From assembly GCA_964617805.1 (NCBI GenBank), contig CAZTWK010000004.1, positions 15,860 to 79,859 of the forward strand: 64,000 nt of DNA, given 5' to 3'. A program made the position numbers and the translations under genes. Below, in pieces: positions 8,358-16,651 of this stretch (its first letter is position 1; the number at the start of each line of letters is the position of its first letter). The notes beneath the pieces are model-generated. The model saw only the letters and a program-made list of their open reading frames with translations. It was not told the DNA's origin and made no database searches. The DNA is from an uncultured Fibrobacteraceae bacterium (GTDB lineage: Bacteria; Krumholzibacteriota; Krumholzibacteriia; LZORAL124-64-63).

Positions 8358-10223
8358 TTAGGGGATCGGCGTCGTTTCGAGCGGGAAGTCGTTCTGGGCG
8401 CCGGCGCCCCACTTGTGTCCCAACAGGTCGTCGTAGAACAGGTTGTTGGAACCGAACTTCAGCGACAACGCCTCGTAGCCCAGCATGTTCAGCGCCGCGG
8501 TGATCTGGCTGCTGTGCTGTCCGGTCCAGCAGTAGACCACGATGGGCATGTCCGTGGGCAGATGGCCCAGCATGGTCTCCATGCTCATGCTCGCGTAGGG
8601 CGTGAACTGGAAGGCGCCCGGGATGTGGCCCGGCACGCCGTCTTCGCCGACGCCCAGATAATCGTCCTCGTTGAAGTAGTTGACGACGAAGTAGTCCTCG
8701 AGGTTGTCCATGATGTCGGCGTACATCACGCCCTGGAAGCCCTCGCCGAGCATCCAGGCCACGCGGTCGGCCACCACGGTGCCGGCGTCGTAGCCGGCGA
8801 GCTCCGGATAGGCGTAGCCCACGAGGTCGCCGTTGTTGTTGTCGGTCTCGGCCACGGCCAGGGTGTTGTCCACGTTGTTGTTCCACGGACCGCTGAGGGT
8901 CGTGTTCCAGGCGGACATGCCGAACTTGAGGCTGCTCACGTCCTCGTAGCCCAGCAGCTCCAGGGAGATCTTGGCGTGGCCGGCGCTCTGGCCGGTGTAG
9001 CAGGCGACCACCATGGGCAGGTCGACCGGGATGGTCGTGCCCACGTCGGTCAGCAGCGTCGACAGCGACGAGTGGTAGGCGCCCGTGATGTGGCCGGCGT
9101 CGTAGTCGGTCTGGCTGCGGATGTCGATGACCGTGTAGTCCTCGAGGTTGTCGTAGAGGGCCTGCGCGCCCAGCACGCCGGGGCAGTCGCCGTTGTCGTT
9201 GACGTAGTCGACGACGGCGGCTTCCATGGCCGCGAACACCGGCGTCGGCACGCTGCCGATCTCCAGCTCGAAGTCGTAGGAGGCGCTCCACTTGTGGCCG
9301 GTCAGCAGACTGTGGAACAGGTTGTTGGAACCGAACTTGAGCGAGTAGGCCTCGTAGCCCAGCAGATTCAGGTAGGCCGTGATCTGCGAGGAGTGCTGAC
9401 CGGTCCAGCAGTAGACGATGATCGGCGTGTCCGTGGGCAGGTTGTCCAGCATCTGGTCGTCGCCGAGGCTGGCGTAGGGCGTGAACTGGAAGGCGCCGGG
9501 GATGTGGCCCGGCACGCCGTCTTCGCCGTTGCCGAGGTAGTCGTTCTCTCCGAAGTAGTTGAGGATGAAGTAGTCGTCGAGGTTGTCCATGATGTCGGCG
9601 TAGCTCTTGCCCTTGAAGCCCTCGTTGAGCATCCAGGCCACGCGCTCGGCCACCACCGTGCCCGCGTCGTAGCCGCTGAGGGCGGGGAAGTCGTGGGTGC
9701 TCAGGTCGCCGTTGTTGTTGTCGGTCTCGGGCGCGGCGAGGTTGTCGCCGCAGTTGGTGGTCCACTTGTCCAGCGAGGGGCTCCAGGAGGACATGCCGAA
9801 CTTCAGGCTGTTGACGTCGTCGTAGCCCATCAGCTCCATGGCGATCTTGGCGTGGCCGGCGCTCTGGCCGGTGTAGCAGGCCACCACGTAGGGCTTGTCC
9901 GCGGGGATGGCCTTGGCCGCCAAGTCGGCCAGCAGCGTGCCGAGCGACGAGTGGTACGCGCCGGGGATGTGGCCGGCGAGGTAGTCCGCTTCCGAGCGGA
10001 TGTCGATGACCGTGTAGTCCTCGAGGTTGTCGTGGAGGTTCTGGGCGTCGAGCACGCCGGGGCACTGGGCGTTGTCGTTGACGTAGGCCTTGCCAGCCGC
10101 CACCATGGCCTCGAACGCCGTTTCCTCGGGGGTCGGCGACGTGCCGTCGTCGGAGCAACCCCAGACGGCCACCATGGCGATCAGCAGCAATGCCGTCCAC
10201 ATCAAGCGCTTCTGCATTCTCAT
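8358..10223 (-). CDS. lipoprotein with four rhodanese-like sulfurtransferase domains (internal tandem duplication of a two-domain unit)
   Basis: Lipobox VWGC after the signal peptide. Two ~290-aa halves are clearly homologous. Each half carries candidate active-site loops CYTGQSAGHAK and CWTGQHSSQ. Good SD (GAGGAG) before the start. Confidence 0.8.
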   Translation of the reverse strand: MRMQKRLMWTALLLIAMVAVWGCSDDGTSPTPEETAFEAMVAAGKAYVNDNAQCPGVLDAQNLHDNLEDYTVIDIRSEADYLAGHIPGAYHSSLGTLLADLAAKAIPADKPYVVACYTGQSAGHAKIAMELMGYDDVNSLKFGMSSWSPSLDKWTTNCGDNLAAPETDNNNGDLSTHDFPALSGYDAGTVVAERVAWMLNEGFKGKSYADIMDNLDDYFILNYFGENDYLGNGEDGVPGHIPGAFQFTPYASLGDDQMLDNLPTDTPIIVYCWTGQHSSQITAYLNLLGYEAYSLKFGSNNLFHSLLTGHKWSASYDFELEIGSVPTPVFAAMEAAVVDYVNDNGDCPGVLGAQALYDNLEDYTVIDIRSQTDYDAGHITGAYHSSLSTLLTDVGTTIPVDLPMVVACYTGQSAGHAKISLELLGYEDVSSLKFGMSAWNTTLSGPWNNNVDNTLAVAETDNNNGDLVGYAYPELAGYDAGTVVADRVAWMLGEGFQGVMYADIMDNLEDYFVVNYFNEDDYLGVGEDGVPGHIPGAFQFTPYASMSMETMLGHLPTDMPIVVYCWTGQHSSQITAALNMLGYEALSLKFGSNNLFYDDLLGHKWGAGAQNDFPLETTPIP

Positions 10224-10323
10224 CACTCCTCAGTCGAGCCCGCGGGCTCGGGGTTGTGGAGCGGCGCGGGCCGCCCCGTGCTAACGGAGACCGGGCGCGG
10301 CAAACGCCCGGCCGCTATACGCG

Positions 10324-11820
10324 TCATTCTTCCTCTTCCGGAAAGGATTCCGGGATCACGATGCCGACGTTCGCGTCGTGGTCCGGCAACGGCGTGACGC
10401 CGTCCTCGTCGTAGAGATCCGACACGCGCAACAGGTAGCCCTCGGGCGCGTCGGGCGATAGATGGCAGGCGTCGGAGCAGGACTGGCCCGCCTCGACCGT
10501 GGTCTGCGGCGTGTTGCGCAGGATGTTGTGGGGCGACGCGTAGGTCCAGGTCGGCTCGTCGAGATAGCCGGGCAGATCCAGGCCCCAATCCGCGAAGGTG
10601 CCGGGATCGGTGGGCACGTGCCTCACCACGGAGAAGTCGTACTCATCCCGGTACGGGCTCGGATTCCGCGCGATCTTGAACTGGATGCGGCTGGGATCGA
10701 TCTCGAACTTCGCTCCCTCGTCTGCCACCAGGTTGTGGCAGTTCGTGCAGTTCTTGTAGGGTTGCGAATGGCAGACCTGGCACTGGAGGTTCACGTCGGG
10801 CACGCCCACGTGCGCCTCGTGGAACTCGTTGTCCCACGCGCCGTCGAGGCCCTCGCCGTGGCAGTCCTCGCAACGGGGCATGGTGGCCACCTCGTAGCGG
10901 TGCTCGTAGTGGTCGCCGGCGTGCTGGCCATCGCCGTGCATCTCCTCCGCGCTGTGGCAGTTCTCGCACTTCATGCCGGCGCTGCGGTGCAGGTCGGGCA
11001 CGTTGCCCTCGAGTTCGCCCTTGAAATCGACCCCGACACGGCTGCCGTGACAGGCGGTGCACTGCTCGTTCATGTCCGGCGAGGCCCGGAAGCGGTGCGA
11101 GTAGTAGGAGCCGATCTTGGGGAAGCCGCCGCCCACGCTGTTGGGCCGGCCGATGTGGCACTGGCCGCAGGTGGTGTGGCAGCCGCCGCACTTGTTGTCG
11201 AAGTAGGTTTCGTAGCCCGACCCCTCGAAGACGCAGCGCCCGCGCGTCTCGATGGCGCGCTTCTCGCCCCAGAGATTGGTGTGCAGGCTGTTGGCGGTGG
11301 CCGCGGCCTCCGCCTCGTGGCACCCGGCGCAGGCGGAGTCGGCGAAGTCCTCCTCGTGGCAAGCGACGCAGCCGGACGGCCCGACGGCGCTGGGATCGGC
11401 GATCATGCCGTCATGGGCTTCGGCCATGTCGTCGAACGTGTTGTCGGGCTGACCCCCGTGGCAGTGCTGGCACGATAGCGGGTGCGGCACCAGGTCGCCC
11501 TCGTAGTCGGGGCCGTGCGCGCTGGTCAGGAAGCGGGTGGCGTTGGTGCCCCTGATGATGACCTTCTCCCAAGCCTCCAGCTCGGGTACGTCGCCGCCTC
11601 AGCCGTCCTGCTTGTGGGGCACGACCGCCTTGCTGCCCCCCGCGTCGGCCAGGGCCGCCTGGAGCATCTCCTCGCTCTCGTGGCAGCCGAGACAGGTCAG
11701 ATCGGTCAGGTGATCGCCCTCGCCCGGATCGAGCAGTTCGTTGGAGGTGTCGTGTTCGCACCCCCACAGGCAGGCCAGCGCCAGCAACGACATGGCGCTT
11801 ACGGTGATGACTCTGTTCAT
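10324..11820 (-). CDS. multiheme c-type cytochrome lipoprotein (about 12 CXXCH) interrupted by one in-frame TGA at 11599-11601: candidate selenoprotein or readthrough gene
   Basis: ORF 11599..11820 encodes lipoprotein signal MNRVITVSAMSLLALACLWGC plus CLGCH. ORF 10324..11490 encodes 11 further heme motifs (CQHCH, CVACH, CAGCH, CGGCH, CGQCH, CTACH, CENCH, CEDCH, CQVCH, CTNCH, CSDACH) with no signal peptide of its own. The two are in the same frame, separated only by a TGA and 36 sense codons. The downstream ORF start in the track is a GTG. Confidence 0.6.
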
Positions 11821-12464
11821 CGGGCTCTCCCGCGTTGGGCCGCGTCCCGGCTCGTGGAACCGTCGTGGAGTCCGCGAGCGAAGATCGGCACGTTGTTGCA
11901 GATGACCGTTTCGGCGTCGAGCCTGGTTCCGTCCAGGTCGCCCCAGACGTCGGCGCTGAGGGCGCAATCCATGACCATCCCCACGAAGCAGCGTCCGGTG
12001 ATGTAGGGGTCCACCTCGCGGATCTCTCCGGCGGAGATCCGGCGGGACAGTTCGTCGCGCAGGAACTCGATATAGGGCAGCCGGACTTCCTTGAAGAGCA
12101 CCGCGGAGCCCGGGCCGCTGTCCAGACGGTTGAAGTGCATCAGGCGAATCAGTTCGGGATCGCGGTCGGCCAGGGCGAGGATGTGCCTCGCCAGCATGAT
12201 GAGCATCTCCTCGATCCCTTCCCGGTCGGCCCGTCCGCTCAGGTAGGCGCGGATGTCGTGCTGGCGGGCCTTGTCGCGGATCACCTCTTCGTAGAGGTGG
12301 GCCTTGCCGTCGTAGTGGCGATAGATGGCGGCTTCGCTGATGCCGCAGGTGCCGGCGATGAGCCGGATGGAGGTCCCGGCGTAGCCCTTGTCCGCGAACA
12401 GGCGCGAGGCGTTCGCGAGGATCTGACGGCTGCGGCTGCCCGGACTGCCCTTGGCGGTCATCAT
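11817..12464 (-). CDS. TetR/AcrR family transcriptional regulator
   Basis: 215 aa. N-terminal HTH (RQILANASRLFADKGYAGTSIRLIAGTCGISEAAIYRHY). Stop overlaps the downstream cytochrome start (ATGA). Confidence 0.85.
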   Translation of the reverse strand: MMTAKGSPGSRSRQILANASRLFADKGYAGTSIRLIAGTCGISEAAIYRHYDGKAHLYEEVIRDKARQHDIRAYLSGRADREGIEEMLIMLARHILALADRDPELIRLMHFNRLDSGPGSAVLFKEVRLPYIEFLRDELSRRISAGEIREVDPYITGRCFVGMVMDCALSADVWGDLDGTRLDAETVICNNVPIFARGLHDGSTSRDAAQRGRAR

Positions 12465-12473
12465 CGCATCCCC

Positions 12474-14405
12474 CTAGAACCGGCCCGACAGCGCGAGGGT
12501 GTAGAGGTCCAGGATGTAGTCGTCCCACCTGTTCTCGTCGAACTCGTGGCGCCGGAAGGCCGCATGGGCCGTCTTGCCCGGCGAGAACTCCCAGCTCGCG
12601 CGCACGAGCAGGCGATTGTAGTCGGACATGACGTCGTCGGACACGCCGCCGGTCCCCGCGGCGTCCTCGTGCCGCACGCCCTCGTAGTGGCCCTCCACGC
12701 GCAGCGTCTCGCCGAGCTTGAGGGTCGCGCCGGGGGCGAAGCGCAGGGTGGTGCCGTCGTAGACCAGCGGCGCCATGCCCGCTTCCGCGTCCGGGCCGTC
12801 GGTGAGCCGGTACTCCTCGCGGCCCAGCGACACCGTCCCCAGCAGGGTTAGCCGGTCGTTCGCCAACCAGCTCGCCGCCACGTAGCCGCGACGGGCCCGC
12901 CAGGTCGTCTCGGTGTTCTCGAGATCGAGCCGCCGGAAGGTCCGTTCGACGACCCGGTGCCCCAGATCGACGCGCAGGTCGCGCAGGGGCCGCGCCTGCA
13001 GGGCCACCCGGCCGCCGTACTGCTCGCGTTCGCGATCGCCCATCCAGAAGTGCCAGGGCTCGCCGGAGGTCGTATCCCAGGTGTCGAGCTGCTCCACTTC
13101 GGAGCCGCGCCATTCGGCGCGCGCCTTCAGGACGGTGCGGGCGCCGAGGCGTACCCGCCCGCGGAAACCGACCTCCTGGTCCCGCCTGTCCTGGGCGGTG
13201 GTCTGGCTATCGCCCTCCAGGCCGCTGCCGGGGACGCCGTCCAGGGCCCGGGTCTCGTCCAGATCGGAGCTGCGGTACTTGTAGTGGAGCCGGAGACGCG
13301 TCCGGTCCAGCGCCGTAGTCGTCAGCACGGCGCGGAGATCCCGGCTAGACCGGCTGCGATCGGCGGCCTGGAGAGTCGCGTCGCCGAAGTCGACCCGGCC
13401 CTCGCTGTTCAGGCTGCGCAGGCCGGCCGACAGGCGCAGGGTCGAGGCGCGACCCAGCTTCTTGATCAGGCCGAGCCGGCCGGTATCCGTGTTCGCGTCG
13501 CCCGGGGACGTGAGCCGATTTCCCTGGTAGGTCTCGAACTGGGCGCTCTCCAGGCGCGAGGTCGCGGCGGCGCCCAGGACGCGCAACCCGTCGCCCACGT
13601 CCAGGGACGCCTTGAGCCGGGCGCTCCAGAGCTCGCCGTCGGCCTCGTAGGCGTGGCGAGTGTCGAGGGTGCGGGTACCGTCCGCGCCGCGATGGCTCAG
13701 ACGCAGATCGCCCGCGAAACCGCCGCGGGCATAGGCGCCGCGCAACCAGAATTCCCGGGCGGTCGTGTCGAAGGCCCTGGACGCCGGCGGCGCTTCGCCG
13801 GCGACCAGCATGCCCCGGGCCAGGCTGCTCTTCTCGCCCGAGCGCCTGGTCTGCACGGCGCCCGCCGACACGTCGAGACCGTCCCGGACATGGTGGCGCA
13901 CGCTGATCCGGGCGCGGTTCCAGTCGAGGACCGGCGCCGGGTCGAGGGCGGGGGGCGGAGGGTCGAGCCGGAAGACGGGCGCCCGCATCTCGCTGGTATC
14001 GTCGTAGTGGTGGTGGAAGCTGCGGTACGAGGCCGCGATGGCGTACCGGCCGGGCGCGCCCCAGTCCAGGGCGACGGCGCCGCTCGCGCCGGCCCCGCTG
14101 CCGTAGTCGCCCGCGCCCCGCAGGGACAGCCGGCGCCCGTCGTCCCGCACCCGCCGCCAGCCGAAGAGGCCCGCGTGACGGTGCTCGTCCACCCGCCACG
14201 CGTCCTCCGCCGCCTTGGCGCCACTGCCGTAGGCGTCCATGAATTCACCGGCGAGGGCCCAGTGGTTGCCGGTGCCGACCAGGTCGCCCGCGGGCGCCCA
14301 GATCCGGCCGGCCTGGACGGGCAGATCGTCCGCCGCCGCGACGGCGCTCACGATCAGAAGCGCCGCGGCCAGGACCATGCTGTAGGTCGAGCTCGTCGTC
14401 TTCAT
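12474..14405 (-). CDS. outer-membrane beta-barrel of the MtrB/PioB (porin-cytochrome) type
   Basis: 643 aa. Signal peptide. Many alternating amphipathic beta-strand segments rich in R, D, G and aromatics. C-terminal residue F. Begins 13 nt after the decaheme cytochrome gene. Confidence 0.7.
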   Translation of the reverse strand: MKTTSSTYSMVLAAALLIVSAVAAADDLPVQAGRIWAPAGDLVGTGNHWALAGEFMDAYGSGAKAAEDAWRVDEHRHAGLFGWRRVRDDGRRLSLRGAGDYGSGAGASGAVALDWGAPGRYAIAASYRSFHHHYDDTSEMRAPVFRLDPPPPALDPAPVLDWNRARISVRHHVRDGLDVSAGAVQTRRSGEKSSLARGMLVAGEAPPASRAFDTTAREFWLRGAYARGGFAGDLRLSHRGADGTRTLDTRHAYEADGELWSARLKASLDVGDGLRVLGAAATSRLESAQFETYQGNRLTSPGDANTDTGRLGLIKKLGRASTLRLSAGLRSLNSEGRVDFGDATLQAADRSRSSRDLRAVLTTTALDRTRLRLHYKYRSSDLDETRALDGVPGSGLEGDSQTTAQDRRDQEVGFRGRVRLGARTVLKARAEWRGSEVEQLDTWDTTSGEPWHFWMGDREREQYGGRVALQARPLRDLRVDLGHRVVERTFRRLDLENTETTWRARRGYVAASWLANDRLTLLGTVSLGREEYRLTDGPDAEAGMAPLVYDGTTLRFAPGATLKLGETLRVEGHYEGVRHEDAAGTGGVSDDVMSDYNRLLVRASWEFSPGKTAHAAFRRHEFDENRWDDYILDLYTLALSGRF

Positions 14406-14418
14406 GACCTTGCGCCTC

Positions 14419-15336
14419 CTAGTCGCGGAACGTCGGCGAGACGTTCGAACCGTGGATTTCCGTATGGCAGTCGTAGCAACGGGCCTCGCCGCCCAGGTAA
14501 CCGCCGTGATTGGCGTCGCCCAGCTCCCAGTTGTCGTCGGGACCGAAGGACGTCTCGAAATGGCACTGCAGACAGAGCGTGCCGCCGTCGGTGACCAGCA
14601 GCTTGTCGTTCATCGAGCCGTGGGGCCGATGGCAGGCGACGCAATCCTCGCCGGCGACGCCTTCGTGCTCGAAGACGAAGGGGCCGGACATCTCCGTATG
14701 GCAGGCGAGACAGACGTCGCTCATCCCGTTCCAGCCCACGTCGGGGAAGTCCGCGTGGGGATCGTGGCAATCGCCGCAGGTCACGGTGCCTTCCAGCACC
14801 CTGTGCCGGAAGGGCAGCCGGAAGTCGGAGGCCTGCGACCCGTGGCATTGGAGGCAGAACTCCGACGGATTGCGATAGTGCGACGGCGGCGTGACGTCCC
14901 CCGTGAAGTGCATCTGATCGAGGTGGCAGTCGGCGCAGCCCACGCCGCTCCCGGCGTGGGGGCCCGCGTGCCAGTCGACGCGCCGGTTCGCGTGGCACTG
15001 GGTGCACATGGCCGCGCGGTCGGCCTCGGACATCCGGGAGATGGCCTCCGCCCCGAGGATGAACCCGTCCCCCTCCTGCTCCACGTGCAGGCTGCCGGGG
15101 CCGTGGCAGGCCTCGCAGGCGTCGATGCCGGTGCCGGGCACCGTGGCCGCGCGCGACACCGCGTGGGGTGAATGCGCCGCGGGATCCTCGACGTCGTCGT
15201 GGCAGTCGAGGCAGGCGTCAGCGCCCACGTAGGCGGCCTCGGCCGGCACCCCGAGCCCTTCGCTGTACGTGCCAGTCGACGCCTGCGCCGCGATCAGGAC
15301 GAGTATCCCCGCCATCGGCAGGATCAGACGCTGCAT
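14419..15336 (-). CDS. periplasmic decaheme c-type cytochrome, MtrA/PioA-like
   Basis: Start MQRLILPMAGILVLIAAQA with strong SD GGAGGT. Ten CXXCH motifs: CLDCH, CEACH, CTQCH, CADCH, CLQCH, CGDCH, CLACH, CVACH, CLQCH, CYDCH. Confidence 0.85.
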   Translation of the reverse strand: MQRLILPMAGILVLIAAQASTGTYSEGLGVPAEAAYVGADACLDCHDDVEDPAAHSPHAVSRAATVPGTGIDACEACHGPGSLHVEQEGDGFILGAEAISRMSEADRAAMCTQCHANRRVDWHAGPHAGSGVGCADCHLDQMHFTGDVTPPSHYRNPSEFCLQCHGSQASDFRLPFRHRVLEGTVTCGDCHDPHADFPDVGWNGMSDVCLACHTEMSGPFVFEHEGVAGEDCVACHRPHGSMNDKLLVTDGGTLCLQCHFETSFGPDDNWELGDANHGGYLGGEARCYDCHTEIHGSNVSPTFRD

Positions 15337-15408
15337 GGGTGACCTCCACGCGAGAAGTGAACGTTCACTGATCGATTCAACGATATTTCCCGCAGGTGAC
15401 CTGGGCAA

Positions 15409-15480
15409 GCTATTTCGTTGGTATATAAAGGTCTTATATCATATCTAAATACTGGGCTATCGAGTGATTCCGGAGATTTC
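15409..15480. promoter_or_regulatory. AT-rich divergent promoter island between the cytochrome operon and the GT2 gene, with inverted repeat TATATAA-N5-TTATAT
   Basis: ctatttcgttggtatataaaggtcttatatcatatctaaatactgg is strikingly AT-rich against the GC-rich background. The palindrome is a possible operator, perhaps for the TetR encoded in the operon. Confidence 0.4.
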
Positions 15481-15628
15481 CAGGCCGATGAAGCATGTAC
15501 TGGACAGCCCGACATCGCGCCTCGGCCAGGCGGTTTCGACTTCAGGAAAGCCGTTCAGGGCCGATATCATACTCGTCCAGGCGCCCCGCGTGAATCGCCG
15601 TGCGCCGGTGCCCCATTCCGGAGGATAG

Positions 15629-16585
15629 ATGGCCGACACGCCCTTGATCAGCGTCGTCATTCCCTGCTACAAGGCCGCCGACACCCTGCCGGGGACGCTG
15701 GAGTCCGTCCTGTCCCAGGACCACGCCCAGGTGGAAGTCGTCGCGGTGGACGACGGCTCGCCGGACGACACCTCCGGCGTGCTGCTCGGCTACGGCGACC
15801 GCATCACCGCCGTGCGCATCGCCAACAGCGGCGGGCCCGCCCGCCCGCGTAACGTGGGCATCGACCAGGCGCAGGGAGAGTTCGTGGCCCTGCTGGATGC
15901 CGACGACATGATGCTGCCCGGCAAGCTCTCGGCCCAGGCCGCCGTCTTCGCGGCCCTGCCCGAGGTGGACCTGGTCTGCACCGACTTCCGGCGCGTCGAC
16001 GCCGACGGCTCCGTGCTCGCGAACAGCTACCTCGCCGACTACCGCGGCTTCCGGCGCCTGCTTCGCCCCACCGCGCTGCCGGGCGTGTCCCTGCTGTCCG
16101 CAAACGATCTCCACCACGAGTTGCTGCGGGGGAATTTCGTGGGCACCTCGAGCGTGATGGCCCGCCGCGATCGCCTGCGGGCCGTCGGCGGCTTCGACGA
16201 GACCCTGCGCAACGGCGACGACATCGACATGTGGCTCAAGCTGGCCCGCGACGGTGCCGTCTTCGCCTTCCTGGACCGCCCCTATCACGACTACCGCGTC
16301 AACGACGCGGGCATCTCCGCCGGCGGCTGGCGCCGGTTCCCTTCGGTGATCCGGGTGCGCGAGCGCCAGCTCGACCACATCACCGACCCCGAGATGCGCC
16401 GCTACCTCGACGACCGCCTGCTCTACATGCGGCTGGGCTACGCCTGGGGCCTGCGCGGCGACGGCCGCTACGACGAGGCCCTGCCCGCCTACCGCGAAGC
16501 CATCGCCCAGCGCTGGACCTGGCGCGGTTTCAAGGGCCTGGTGATGACGCGAGTGCTTTCGCTGCTGTCGTTTGGACGTCGCTAG
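15629..16585 (+). CDS. family 2 glycosyltransferase
   Basis: 318 aa. N-terminus ISVVIPCYKAADTL, DDGSPDDT and LDADD motifs of GT-A/GT2 enzymes. Confidence 0.85.
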   Translation: MADTPLISVVIPCYKAADTLPGTLESVLSQDHAQVEVVAVDDGSPDDTSGVLLGYGDRITAVRIANSGGPARPRNVGIDQAQGEFVALLDADDMMLPGKLSAQAAVFAALPEVDLVCTDFRRVDADGSVLANSYLADYRGFRRLLRPTALPGVSLLSANDLHHELLRGNFVGTSSVMARRDRLRAVGGFDETLRNGDDIDMWLKLARDGAVFAFLDRPYHDYRVNDAGISAGGWRRFPSVIRVRERQLDHITDPEMRRYLDDRLLYMRLGYAWGLRGDGRYDEALPAYREAIAQRWTWRGFKGLVMTRVLSLLSFGRR

Positions 16586-16600
16586 TGTATCCCGACAGAA

Positions 16601-16633
16601 AACCCCCGGCGACCAAGGCCGCCGGGGGTGTCG
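16601..16633 (-). terminator. hairpin terminator between convergent genes
   Basis: cccccggcg-accaagg-ccgccggggg. Followed by a T-run on the minus strand (ggggttttctgtc). Lies downstream of the porin gene. Confidence 0.45.
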
Positions 16634-16651
16634 CTGTCAGCAGGTGATCGT

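Noticed and set aside
8245-10200. 651-aa minus-strand ORF overlapping the rhodanese gene in another frame
   Set aside because: It has an Arg/Pro/Gly-rich frame-shifted shadow composition. The rhodanese frame has lipobox, domain repeats and an SD.
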